From: Podarcis vaucheri
Lineage: Eukaryota
Length of the DNA: 64,000 nucleotides
Reading direction: 5' to 3' (one strand)
Assembly (NCBI GenBank): GCA_965113315.1
Contig: OZ220372.1
Part shown: in pieces, positions 1-12,200 of the stretch
Layout: each line of letters opens with the position of its first letter
Numbering within the stretch: the stretch's first letter is position 1
The notes under the pieces: generated by a model
The model's input: only the letters and a program-made list of their open reading frames with translations
Database searches by the model: none
What the model was told of the DNA's origin: nothing
Position numbers and translations under genes: made by a program

Positions 1-1314
1 AAGATGTCCGGGGAGATTAATAACTTTCCCATTTTTATTTGAATATAATGATTTTATATATTAGAATTATTTTCCCATGGAACATGAGTTCTGCCCATGA
101 AGTACAGATCCTAAACACACCTTTGAAACAAGAAAACAATGTGTTTCCAAAAAAACAAATCCAGACTGTAGGAAAGGTACTGCTGTACATTTCAGAACTA
201 CCTCCCATGCAAGTGTCTTCTTCAATACACCTCAAAGCCATGCTTCATGTATGTATATTGTAGCCATCTCTCTCAAGAGATGTGAAAACCGCTTGGTTGT
301 AGCATCTCAAAGGAGGTTCTGCACTGAAATGTTGATTTTCCTTCTTTGTTCCATGGCAACCTCAATGCACATTTTAGGCAGTGTTGGTTAAGGCAGACTA
401 CTAGACACATGGAATGCATTCTGAATAAGGCATGGAAACCCAAAAAGCTCTGTGTCTCTATTTGTTGTATAATACTTTTGAAAAAGCTTCAAAAGTCCTC
501 TCTTTTTTTGGAGGGAACAGTGCTGGTTTCAGATTTTACATTGACTTTGGCAGCAGTGTTGCCTCTGCCCATTGAGAACCAGCCCTGCCATTAGGAAGAA
601 AGAAGTGACTGCATTGGCCAGCAGATTTTGGCTGTCATGAAATGGCAGCCAACATTGTTGTTGTTGCTACAGAGAGGGATATTCTGCCTCAGGTGCCAAA
701 ATAACCTAGCTGGCTTTGAATACTATGCTCCATGACTTGGGCACTATATGTTGTTATGTCTCAGGCAGGAACATGCCAACACTGTGCCCATTGGCTTTTC
801 TCTCCCCCTAGGAATGAATCCATGCCACCTCCCAGAGGGAGAGGGCAAGGCATACAGAAAATACTTCTCCTTCACCTCAAACTTTTTATTTACTTAGAGA
901 GGGTAGGTGAAAAGGTAGCAACACCAAGGAGGTGGAGCAACAGAAGACTCTAGGTTGAGGGGTCATCCCTGGACAATGTGCCTTGGCAATGACCCAACCG
1001 TGCCAACCCCTGACACCATCTTCCCTGGAATTCTTATCTTACCATTTCCCCCTTGGATAACTGAGCATCTTTATCATTGCTCCCACCACATTGACATAAG
1101 TATTCAGAGGGCTAAGGATTTAACTGATCCATGGAATCTGTATAATTCTTTTTCTCATGAATTTGAATTTATGAGAAAGGAAGCTCTCAAAAATGTATGT
1201 AGCTTTCTCATTAGTCTTTCTTATTATGAGGGACACATAAAATATATCAGATAGTCCAGGAAGAAGAAGAACAACAAAAGTGACAAGTTCCAACACCCTA
1301 ATATATAGGATAAA

Positions 1315-1545
1315 CTCAGATGTAACATGAAACCATGGTCTGTTTAGCTAAAACTGTGGTTTGTTTTAACATTTGAGCTTCAGTCTACTCACAAGCTGTG
1401 GTTTGTTTGGCACTGACAAAGCAGGATCTGCAACCATGGTCTTAAGTTGTACCATATATATATTAACAAAAACCACAAAGTGTCTCTAGATCATAGCTTG
1501 TCTGAAAGTTCAGACCATGATGTGTGAACTTAACTATGGTGAGTA
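1315..1545. repeat. Degenerate array of AACCATGGTT-like palindromes; squamate interspersed repeat, probably an old MITE
   Basis: Repeated aaccatggt / aactgtggttt / aactatggt units; the same motif family recurs at ~56150-56275 and 63775-64000. Confidence 0.45.
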
Positions 1546-2792
1546 CAAAACATTACTTCTCATTATGTCTAATCTCAGACACTGAATGAACCATAAAATC
1601 TCGAAAGAACTAGAAAAACAGAGCAGAGGATCAGCAATGAGATGTGCCAAATTTGTTTTGAAAGATACAATGGAGGGAAAACACATTTTATTATAAAGAA
1701 GTCAAATAAAGCACAAAACATCATGCCATCTGGGAAGTTCACAAAAAGATCGAAAGACAAGCAAAACAGAAACAGCACAAACCACAATAAATAAAAAATC
1801 CCAGATATGTAACTGTGGGATTTTGAAGCAATTAGCAAACCAAAGGAGGCATCAGCCAGATTGACAGAAAATATGGTATAAGCCACATCACATCTAATCA
1901 CAAATTAGGGGTTGTTAATAAATAAAATCCCGCCTACAATCTTAATGCAGATGGTGCCACAAAAAGAAGCCATATATCAAAAGCTGAGCAGAATATAAAT
2001 AATAAAAGGACCAAATGTTGGGTTCTCTTACTTGGAAATGCCTTGCTGGCTGAAGCCTGAACAGCCATATATAAAAGTGAATCCTTTCTGTGGTGTTTTA
2101 ATAGCAAGGAATTTTGTAATCAATTGGAAAAATAATTTATTTACTTTGCCCAGTTCTTCTAAGTTGGGAGAATCCTCCCTTCAAAGTCATCTTGGGTGGG
2201 CAAATGTGGAGGACAAACCACAGCCCATCCATTTCATACTGTCTCTTTTTTGTGGGTTTCCAGAAGCAGCTGGCTGGTTGCCATTGGAAAGAGAATAGAT
2301 GGACCTTTGGTCAGAGCCAACATGGCCGTTTGTTCTCCCCCCAATAAAAACGCACACACTTAGGAAGTGGCTGAAGGATTCTAAATGACTCCAGCTGAAG
2401 ACAAACCAGAACTGTATGTTTGCAGCTTCAGCATCCAGTATCCAACATTGCTAGGGCTTTGGGCAGATTCCATCTTTTTCTGAACTCAAGATGTGCAGCA
2501 TGGCTGATGTTTCAGGGCTTCACATTTGCTCAATAAATCATGCAGAAATGAAGAGAAGGCTCCAACAGGCAATGCTATCATTGCTTTCAGACCCATCTCT
2601 TCAGCAAATAAGTAATTGTTCACTCTGTCTCACAGTCCACAGACAGTTCAAGCTATCACACTTGTCCCTTTGGACAAGCTATCACACATTTTATGACTCA
2701 CAGGAGAGGACAATGCCCACCCTCACATACCTGTATTTATTTTTGTTATCCAATAGTTTTAAAGGGTAGTTTGTTCCATACACCAAACTTAC

Positions 2793-2942
2793 CAAGACAT
2801 AGCTATCTTCAATGTATAAGTTCATGAACAACAAGCAGATGACAAGGACTCCTAGGAAGGAAACTGCAGATCGCTTTCTCAAGCATCTCATTTTGTCCAG
2901 ATAATTCAGTGTGAATCTCATATGGAGAAAGGCATAGGGCAT
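2793..2942 (-). CDS. MGAT4C: First coding exon of MGAT4C (N-acetylglucosaminyltransferase IV family member C / GnT-VI-like). Exon 2793-2945, 50 codons; the rest of the CDS lies downstream, apparently outside the window
   Basis: Translation [50 protein letters not shown] matches my recollection of the vertebrate MGAT4C N-terminus ([36 protein letters not shown]). Type II membrane layout (basic tail then hydrophobic helix). Acceptor ttttctcccttag|GAG and donor TTG|gtaagt lie exactly where the similarity begins and ends (phase 0). Confidence 0.9.
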
Positions 2943-4233
2943 CTCCTAAGGGAGAAAAACATAGGGAAATTAGGTTTTCTGTAAACTCTTGTGGGAAACA
3001 ATTGGTAAGGTGAAATTTTAAAAACACTACAAAACTTTTTGCTCCTCAGATTTTCTTACATCTCTTCATGTCTTTATCAGCTGCTTCATGTCATTTAAGA
3101 AATCATAAACTGAATTTTATAGCCTAATTTTTACAAACATGGAAAAGCTTGACATATGAAGTAATAATAATAATATCCAGTGTAAAGACATCACACCAAT
3201 TTCTTACTGATCTCTCTCAAATATAGCTTGTGTCTAAAACACTATGCCATCGTTTTTTAAAAAAATGGCTGACACCTTACACATTACACAAGGTAGTTTT
3301 CAAGAAACGTGCACAGTTCACTAGGTGTTCAGAGCTTTTGACTATCCAAATGTTGTTGAAGTAACATTTGCATCACCCCTGACTATTGCTTGTTAGGTCT
3401 GATAGGAATTGAATGATATTGCTAAATATCATAAAAGAATGAATGGATTGGACAAGGCTTGGCCAAAAACACTTCAAAATGCCATAAACCATAGCAGCAG
3501 AACATGCAATGAAAAGCCTGCAAAAATAGATAGGTTTGTGAAACTTTCTTTAAAATCAGAAGCTAGCTGCATATTTTTTGGAAGGGAATACCACAGGATA
3601 GAAGCCACCACTGTGAAGGTCTTACCAGTGGTAACAAAAATGCACAAACGTTCTTTTCTTGCTCCTTCTGTGAAAGGAAGAACATGCAGGGCACATACAT
3701 TCCATGTCTGCCCCAGAGTAATAATAGCAAAATACTGCCAACATTTATGTTTCTCCAATCTGAAATTGTTTACTCATCTCTACAAAATTTAGTCAAATTG
3801 TATGGGCCTAGACTGTAGTGTTGGGAATTGATCAGTGAATGTTTGAAAGCAGTTAGTAAAGAAAACAGTAAGAATGCAAACAAGGCATGGCAAGTACAAA
3901 TGGCAAGCAACTGAAGCAGAAGTTTTGCCTTAAGAATGTTTATGTTGTTGTTGTTGTTTAGTCGTTCAGTCGTGTCCAACTCTTTGTGACCCCATGGATC
4001 AGAGCACGCCAGGCACTTCTGTCTTACACTGCCTCCCACAGTTTGGTCAAACTCATGCTGGTAGCTTCAAGAACACTGTCCAACCATCTCGTCCTCTGTC
4101 ATCCCCTTCTCCTTGTGCCCTCCATCTTTCCCAACATCAGGGTCTTTTCCAGGGAGTCTTCTCTTCCCATGAGGTGACCAAAGTATTGGGAGCCTCAGCT
4201 TCACGATCTGTCCTTCCAGTGAGCACTCAGGGC

Positions 4234-4863
4234 CAGTGGCGTAGCGTGGGGGGGTGCCAGGGGTGCCGGCCGCACCGGGCGCAACATTGGGGGGGGGCGT
4301 TTGGCCGGCCCTTCACAAGACAAAAGTCCATAGGGAAATCTCCGGGACAGCGGGGAAGCGCAGCGCATCTTCCCCACTGTTCTCGGACCTCCTCCGAAGC
4401 CTGGCGGTGGGGCAGAGAGACCTCCTCCCGCCGCCAGGCTTCGGAAGGATGCTCCGAAGGCTGGCGGCGGGAGGAGGGCTCTCCGCCCCACCGCCAGGCT
4501 TCGGAAGGATGCTCCGAAGCCTGGCGGCGGGAGGAGGGCTCTCTGCCCCACCGCCAGCCTTCGGAAGGCTGCTCCGAAGCCTGGCGGCGGGAGGAGGGCT
4601 CTCCGCCCCACCGCCAGCCTTCGGAAGGCTCCTCCGAAGCCTGGCGGTGGGGCGGAGAGACCTCCCCGCGCCAGCCTTCGGATGGCTGTCCTGAAGACTT
4701 GTGGTGGGAGCAGTGGCGTAGTGTGGGGGGTGCAGGGGGGCCTGCCGCACCTGGCGCAACATCTGGGGGGGCGCAGAAGAGACTCGAGTGCTAAAATCCA
4801 CGGGTTAGGGGGTGCAAATTACTTGCCTTGCCCCGGGTGCTGAGAACCCACGCTACGCCACTG
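4234..4863. mobile_element. Non-autonomous hAT-type DNA transposon nested in BovB
   Basis: Perfect 17-bp TIR CAGTGGCGTAGCGTGGG / CCCACGCTACGCCACTG; perfect 8-bp TSD ctcagggc (4226-4233, 4864-4871). Confidence 0.9.
4391..4686. repeat. GC-rich minisatellite, ~5 x 60-bp units, each a 15-bp inverted repeat around a 23-bp loop
   Basis: Units start at 4391, 4451, 4511, 4571 and 4631; arms tccgaagcctggcgg ... ccgccaggcttcgga. Confidence 0.92.
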
Positions 4864-5640
4864 CTCAGGGCTGATTTCCTTAAGAATGGAGAGGTTTGAT
4901 CTTCTTGCAGTCCATGGGACTCTCAAGAGTCTCCTCCAGCACCATAATTCAAATGCATCAATTCTTCGGCGATCAGCCTTCTTGATGGTCCAGCTCTCAC
5001 TTCCATACATCACTACTGGGAAAACCATAGCTTTTACTATACAGAGCTTTATTGGCAAAGAATATTTATAGCTGGTGACAAAAATGCTAGTTGTTTTCTG
5101 CTTTTAAAATCCAGCTTTCATTGAACTCTCTCACATGGTTCTACCTGGAATAGGTCACTTTACCCTGCAGCATAGCAGGGTGAGTCCCATAACAAGTTTG
5201 AAATTCCATGCGAGAGACCTGAATCTGTTCAGGGTGCTTCCAGATGAGAGATGCAAATGCTTCACCGAGATATCACAGGTGAGTCTTAAAACTGTATTTG
5301 GATTTCCCCTGGAAAGGGTAAATCTGAATAAAATTGGGGGCGGGAATAGGAAACGGCATTCTGATGACAACAATGTTGTGTGGACACTGCAAAAAAGAAG
5401 CTTGTACACATGAAGAAGAAGACTGACCCAGAATTATCACCCATCAGGAGGCCTCATTTATATGTTCATATATAAGTCTTTATTAAGACCTACACAAAGC
5501 AGCCTTCAGAAATCTACAGATATTTATCAGGAGGTGGGAATGCAGCAAAAGATTTGTTTGGAAGAGCTACATCTGAAAAGAAAATTATCAGATACAACTG
5601 GAAAGTTCAGTGCTTAAATAAATAAATAAAATGCTGGAGC

Positions 5641-6157
5641 CATATCAAGGACGTGCTATACCAGCTGCACTGGCTCCTGGTGGAGTACAGGATCAGGTTT
5701 AAGGTGCTGGTTTTCACCTTCAAAGCCCTATACGGCCTAGGACCCTCGTACCTACGGGACCGCCTCTCCTGGTATGCCCCACAGAGGAACTTACGGTCTT
5801 CAAACAAAAACATCTTGGAGGTCCCAGGCCACAGAGAGGTTAGGCTGGCCTCAACTAGAGCCAGGGCTTTTTCAGCTGTGGCTCCGATCTGGTGGAATGC
5901 TCTGTCACAAAATAGGGCCCTGCGGGACTTGACATCTTTCTGCAGGGCCTGTAAGACAGAGCTGTTTCACCAGGCCTTTGGCCAAGGCACAGCCTGACTC
6001 CCTCCTTTGGCAATCTTCACAGAATTCTAGCCCAATGGTTGCCATCAATTTGATTTGAATTAATTTTATAATGAAATGATTTTAGAATGTTGTATTATTT
6101 TATTGTTGTTAGCCGCCCTGAGCCCAGCTTCAGCTGGGGAGGGCAGGATATAAATAA

Positions 6158-6199
<42 letters not shown>
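5641..6199 (+). mobile_element. 3' fragment of an L2-clade LINE with (TTA)n tail
   Basis: Peptide LYQLHWLLVEYRIRFKVLVFTFKALYGLGPSYLRDRL ... RAFSAVAPIWWNAL is a typical L2 ORF2 C-terminus; closely similar to 28380-28780; tail 6160-6199. Confidence 0.85.
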
Positions 6200-8268
6200 G
6201 AAACAGCAATGTCATAGGTATGGTGCAGCATAATATTGCATGTGTCAAAAAACTTATTCGTACTTTTATAATCACTAGATGGCAGCATGGATGCATATTA
6301 TCTTCTTTCCTAGCTCTGTTTGCCCTACTGCTTTTTTCAGTAGGTTATCTAAATGCATCACCTGTTTTTCTTTTTAGCACACTTAGAGCCAAATCTGACT
6401 TAACACTTTCCCTACATGGAGGAATTCATAGGAAAAGTTTATATCAGAATCCCAAACCCACATGGGTTTCTTTTTCTTTTTTCTTTTTATTTGCTGTTGC
6501 TGAGGAGGAAAACCTGAAAGAATAAGATGAAAACTAACTGTTTCTGCTCCTAAAGGCATGAGTCCCATATCAAGTAATGAGATGACTATGTATTAAACAG
6601 AAAAGTGAAACATGGGATAATTAACATTTCCTTTGAATTTTCTATTTTTTTAATTAAAAAAATTCACAAATTGCAACAAGGCAGAAAGCACAGGCAAAGA
6701 AAAGAAAAAGCCTCAGAGTAGAGGGAGGGTGTGTGGGTTGAGAAAAATGGAAATGTTAATTTGCTCCTGCACTGGGAATAATGGGACAAAGACAATGAGA
6801 ATGAGTTAAACTAAGGAACACAAGTTAATTAATTAATTTGGGCTGCAATGCTAAAGCTGTCCAAAGATGAAGAACAGTTTGATGTGGCCTAAGTGCATGT
6901 TAGGAAACATAATTTTGCTGTTAAGTTCATGCCAAAAGACAAATAAGCACAAGGCAACCCAGCCTGTTTCAAAATAACATGCACAATTAGAATGTCTCCT
7001 GGTGTTCTTGGCTTGGCCTTCTATTTTAAAAAGACTTGGCTGGTAAAGAGTTAGAGCTGGAAAACATAAACTCTACATGGCACTGACATGCACTATTTCC
7101 CCCGCCTCTATATGTGTTGCTCTGGATTGTATATCTTTACAATTTATGGCTCAATTGTTGCTCTGCCTCGCTGACACACCGGTGGTATTTAGGGGTTGAC
7201 CATGTCAAAGCCCCATCCTCATCACTCAAGTAAGAGAGCAACTTTTCTGCTGGTTCTTCAGTGCTTCACCAGTACTCAGCCACACTAGCACATCAGCAGT
7301 CTGGATTCCTTCAAAGCTCCTCCTACATTAACAGTCCCTTTTCGTCACATATTTAGGACCTTTAGTGTAGCTCTCTGTCATTTTATCCAGAATTAAAGGA
7401 AATGTGGCTATTCAAGGGAAATATAGAGGGGGGGTTTTGGGGGGAGGTTCCCCAATGGAAACAGGGCCCGAGTTTTCAATCTCTTCCTACTTGTTCACCA
7501 CATTAAACACAGTGGCATTCAAAGATGGGTCGGCCCATGATGTTGTCATGGAAACATTGCTTTCTTGCGGTGCCATGTGTGAGGTGTGTTTGTTTTTATC
7601 CCTGGGGAGCAGACCTGAATGGAGTCCTTGTTGGGCCCAGTCAGACCCACCCGTTAGGAGGGAGTCCACCACAGGCCTGCCCACCCTTGACCCAATTGTG
7701 CAGGCAGGCTAAATTCAAGATATCCAACTGGAGCAAATGGGCTGTGGTGTCTTCCTATGGCAGGGATTCCTGTCTCTTCTGGCTGCTGTGGCTGTGGGCT
7801 GGCCTGGTCCCTCAAAGCCTCTCTTAGTGGTAATTTGCCATGCATCTGGTGGTGGGGCTGAATCCAACAGTGGTCAAGGTGAAAGCAGGGATGCAGTGTG
7901 GGGGCTTCCATAGAAGCCATGGTCCTGGGCATGAATTTTTGAAGGGGTGTGAAGCAGGCAGCCCCACACAGGTACCCCCAACATTGTCCAGCATTCCTTT
8001 CCCAGGCATTGGAGGAACGAACGCTCACAAAGAGGGACACCAGGATTGGCCATGCTGGGAGTGCAGGCATGGGGGGGGGTGCGGATCACACCCGCCAAGT
8101 ACGGCGTCAGCTGGCCGGTCTCCCGCCTGCACCACAAGAGCAGCAGCAGTGCCAGTGGCAGCAAGATCCAAGACAGTGGCTCTGTGGACAGCAGCAGTGC
8201 TGCTGCTATAGAGCCAGTCACACAGCCCCATCATGCTTGTCCTACAGTGCTTGACACATCTCTTACAG

Positions 8269-8483
8269 CAGGGGTCAGCAACCTTTTTCAACCGTGGGCT
8301 GGTCCACCAACCCTCAGACCATGTGGTGGGCCGGACTATAATTTTTTGGGGGGGAATGAACAAATTCCTATGCCCTACAAATAACTCAGAGATGCATTTT
8401 AAATAAAAGCACACATTCTACTCATGTAAAAACACGCTGATTCCGCGGACGGATTGAGAAGGCGATTGGGTTGCCTACCTCTG
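8269..8483. mobile_element. hAT (Charlie-like) MITE
   Basis: Ends CAGGGGTCAGCAAC / GTTGCCTACCTCTG (imperfect TIR); 8-bp TSD tcttacag 8261-8268 / tcttagag 8484-8491. Confidence 0.8.
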
Positions 8484-8963
8484 TCTTAGAGGCACTACCA
8501 GGAGGCAGCCCAACGCAGCCCAGTTCAGTGCCCAAAGCCACTTCTTTGCATCCTCTCCTCTCATTGGCCTTGTGCTTCTGGATTCCAGTTGGAGGAGCGC
8601 ATCACTCTTGATTTTTGAGGGGGCACCGGAATGGGGGTGCCTGCAGTCAGCAGTGAGAGCTGGAATGCTGTGGCTGACTCCTTCACTCTCTGTCCCCTGC
8701 CCCCCCAGTGTGTGTGCACCCTCTGTTCAGAGGAAACAGGTACTGGGGGGGGGGGAATCATTGCTTTCCCTATCCCTTGCTGCTTCTGTCATTTCCCCCG
8801 CATGCACCGCATTCTAATTACTATGTTAATCACATGGGCTACCCCAGCCAACCAACGATCAAATAGCGAAAGAGATGGTGTTACAATGCTACACATCCAT
8901 TCATCTTGGCCATGTGGTGATGTCAGTGAAGGCAAACAAAGTCCATTGAGAGTAAGAGCACTA

Positions 8964-9205
8964 CAGTGGTACCTCAGGTTACGTACTTAATTCGTTCCGG
9001 AGGTCTGTACTTAACCTGAAACTGTTCTTAACCTGGAGCACCACTTTAGCTAATGGGGCCTCCTGCTGCTGCCACGCTGCCGGAGCCCGATTTCTGTTCT
9101 CATCCTGAAGCAAAGTTCTTAACCTGAAGTACTATTTCTGGGTTAGTGGAGTCTATAACCTGAAGCGTATGTAACCTGAAGTGTATGTAACCTGAGGTAC
9201 CACTG
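8964..9205. mobile_element. Tc1/mariner (Tigger/pogo-like) MITE
   Basis: TIR CAGTGGTACCTCAGGTTAC / GTAACCTGAGGTACCACTG with TA on both sides; internal sequence is the reverse complement of the copies at 42962 and 43448. Confidence 0.88.
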
Positions 9206-12200
9206 TAGTAGCTGAAGCCATCAATCTCCTCCATGATTTCAGTCAAGTGGGTATCACACCGTAACTGAAGGCCATCACAAAGTTATGTGGTCAATTGTAT
9301 TTGCCTGCATACCAATGCCCCTGAAGACAAACAATGCCAACTGAGAAAGAAACTGAGAAGAAGCTGGAACAATGCTGCAAACACTGTCACAGACACTGTG
9401 GGAAATTGTCAGATGGGTGTGGGGCTTTTGATGCAGCTCAACGTTTGTACAAAATAAAATAATTAGTTTTGTCTTAGCCCTGCTTAATTGCCAGCTACAA
9501 AAATCCTAGCACTGCAGTCCTAACCATACTAATTTGGAAGTAACATTTTGCATTGATGGAAATTGCTCTGAGGTAAACATGGTTAGGATTGGGCTGTAAA
9601 ACAAATATCAAGCATCATTTAGCTTTAATAAATGCTTATCAAAAGCAAGTGACATGTTCCACCTACGAAATCATTCAGAGACTGTTGCAAGACTTGTGAA
9701 CTTGCTTACAGTACTTTGCAAATGCTTCTTCCTGAAATAGTATCAACCTATTGCACTTGTCAGCAGCTATGGTTGCCTTTCTTTGTGCTTGGCCAATTTA
9801 TGTTTCTTCTTTTGCTCTTAAAAGACTGCACACGATGCCCTCAGGGTTATGTATTATCTCACCTTCACCAACTGACAACTCCAGACAGTGGGAGGATGCT
9901 TAAAAATACCCACCTGAGCAACACAATCCTTTACAAGGATAATAGGAAATGTATGTGAAGTTGTTCAATATTGTGCCATAGTTTTTCCATAATGCATGCA
10001 TTTACAAATATAGGACCTAATTTTTCAGCTACTGTTGGCATTGAACTGGAAATTAAGACGAATTAAACTGTGGTCCATGGTCACATGTAGACTTCCAGTA
10101 AAATTACTCTTTGTCCTATGGAGAAAGCTTGATAATATTTATCAGCAAGGAGCAGAACATTTTTTTACCAATATACAACAGACTGGAAAATGTCATCAAG
10201 TGGCTAAGAATTGTGGGAATAATGCCAGAAAATGTAGGGATGAGTGGATTATTCTGCCCCCAAATAGAAGCAGCACCAGGAGTTTCTTCTGTTAATGGAA
10301 GAAGCATTAAAAAGTGGACTCAGGACAGACACCTTCCTAAAGTCCACATTCTCATTTACTTCAAAGTTCTCTACCCATTTTGAAATGTAATCTTTATTTG
10401 CAGACACCACTACACTTTGTCACTCTTTTAATTGCCTTTGCGCACATCTTTCATCTGACATTTTAATTGATTTGCCTTTCATTGATTGTCATGTGCATAT
10501 GTCATCTTCTATTCCATCCTTATTTTAAGGGCACGGAGCATTTATAAAATCACCCCTAAGGAATCAGTCATGCCAAAAATGAATGATCACAACACCTGTC
10601 AACACTTCCCATAAATTAGCTTTAAAATTGCTCTGCAACCTTTTCAAGAGCTAGCACTCAAATCCTGTGCTGGATGGGACTGCCACTTAACCCAGTTTTC
10701 CCATTACTGCAGACTATAGTTCCAGGCATGGAACTCTCCTTCAAAGAAAGAACAAAAATGTAGGATCCCAAACTCTGAGTGCATGCCACAAGGTGAGGTA
10801 ACTGCCGTCGGTGGCAGGATCCACATGGGCAGCAGAACGAGCCTCCAGTAAATGTTTCACCTGCTGCTTCTGCAGCTGTCAGATGAGCCTACTTACTCCT
10901 TGGCATGCCCCTCATGCCACTTCTACAGCAGACTTGTGGAGGTAATGCTCCGCTTTGCAAAGGCAAACCTCGCACCAGACATGCAACAGTGTGTCAAGGA
11001 GCGTAACGCCTGCTTTCACTGACCTTTTGCCTTCTTGGCTAGAAAAGAGGGTTTTCCCCCTGACCTTTTGTCCTCTCACAATTTGTTTGTTAGACATATC
11101 GCTTGGCTGGAGCATGACGGGGGACACAGAAGTAATCAAGTATCGGGGGGAACATTTGAGGGAAGCACCTGCTGACACATGTATTTGCTAATGCTGGAAA
11201 TGTGCGTAGATGGAAATACGTTAAGCTCAGGGTGTTTTCACTACTGTTTCCAATTGTTGACTTCTGCTAATAAAAGGAGCCTCTGCAGAGCTAGCCGGCA
11301 GCTTGCTTCGAGCACATTTGGCAGCATGCTCCTGCACAGCTCACCTGCATTCAACCTCCTGTTCTCTCCGTTATTCCTACACAGCCTCTTGGTGAATAGG
11401 AGGCGCTACTGGTCTCTTCCCACTCTTGTTTCTGATGTAGAGCTTCACTCACACCTTCTTCCCAGGGGAGGGCAGGGTGGAGAACACATTTCTTTTTTGT
11501 TCACCACATGTGCCGTAATATTGGGCCGGCCCTGATCATTGTAGCTGTAGTGATTCATTCTAGCAGCTTCACATATTTATTTCTCTATAGTAAAGCTAAA
11601 TTAAGCTGACATTTGGGGCAATGAAATCCATTTTACAATTATGCACTCCCTGCCCTTGCAGAAACCAAGCCAATCCTATTGTACTCCATCTGATTGCACA
11701 AGAGATGATCCAGTGTCATCTGTTCAACCAATATACTTAATAGTTATCAGTTTAATGAGTCCAGGGTAGAACCTATTATTTTTAAACAGACACCACCAAG
11801 ATAAATTTGGTATGCATTACATCCATACAGAATTGAATATATTCCACATTAAACAAGTGTGCAAGAGAGTCAGCACTTTGAAAGCGATTTATATTCTATT
11901 ATGTTGCTTTGAGTCCATGGAAACTCACTGCCAATTGGTTTTTCTTTGGAGAATAAACTAATTTTTTAATCTATGTATTAACCTAGAGCCAATTCCATGG
12001 GCATCATTTTCTATCCACCCCTCCCTATTTCTTTTTGGAATGAATTCCTTTATTGATTAGGAAGCTTCTGTCGGGGTGTTCAATAAAAGGTCTTAATGAA
12101 AAACTTATTTTAGAAAAAGATTAATAATATAGCCAGTGGAAACCAATTTCTTCATGTTTAATCCCCTAATCTATTTTACATTATTTCCCAAGAGAGCCCT

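Larger units (their letters stand above)
3944..5057 (-). mobile_element. 5'-truncated BovB (RTE clade) LINE, interrupted by a DNA transposon at 4234-4863
   Basis: Minus-strand peptide IVKAMVFPVVMYGSESWTIKKADRRRIDAFELWCWRRLLRVPWTARRSNLSILKEISPE is the BovB ORF C-terminal region. 3' end reads ccatggggtcacaaagagttggacacgactgaacgacta(aac)n. 12-bp TSD with one mismatch: aagaatgtttat 3932-3943 / aagaatatttat 5058-5069. Confidence 0.92.

Noticed and set aside
2691-2792. Continuation of the MGAT4C ORF (VSLVYGTNY...)
   Set aside because: It is read-through past the gtaagt donor into the intron
4391-4686. CRISPR- or REP-like array
   Set aside because: Eukaryotic context, the loops are one sequence in two orientations rather than unique spacers, no cas genes, and the array is enclosed by hAT TIRs
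3994-4801. Long overlapping ORFs (266, 162, 146 and 136 aa)
   Set aside because: They are products of the stop-poor GC-rich 60-bp repeat and antisense BovB sequence, with no protein-family signature
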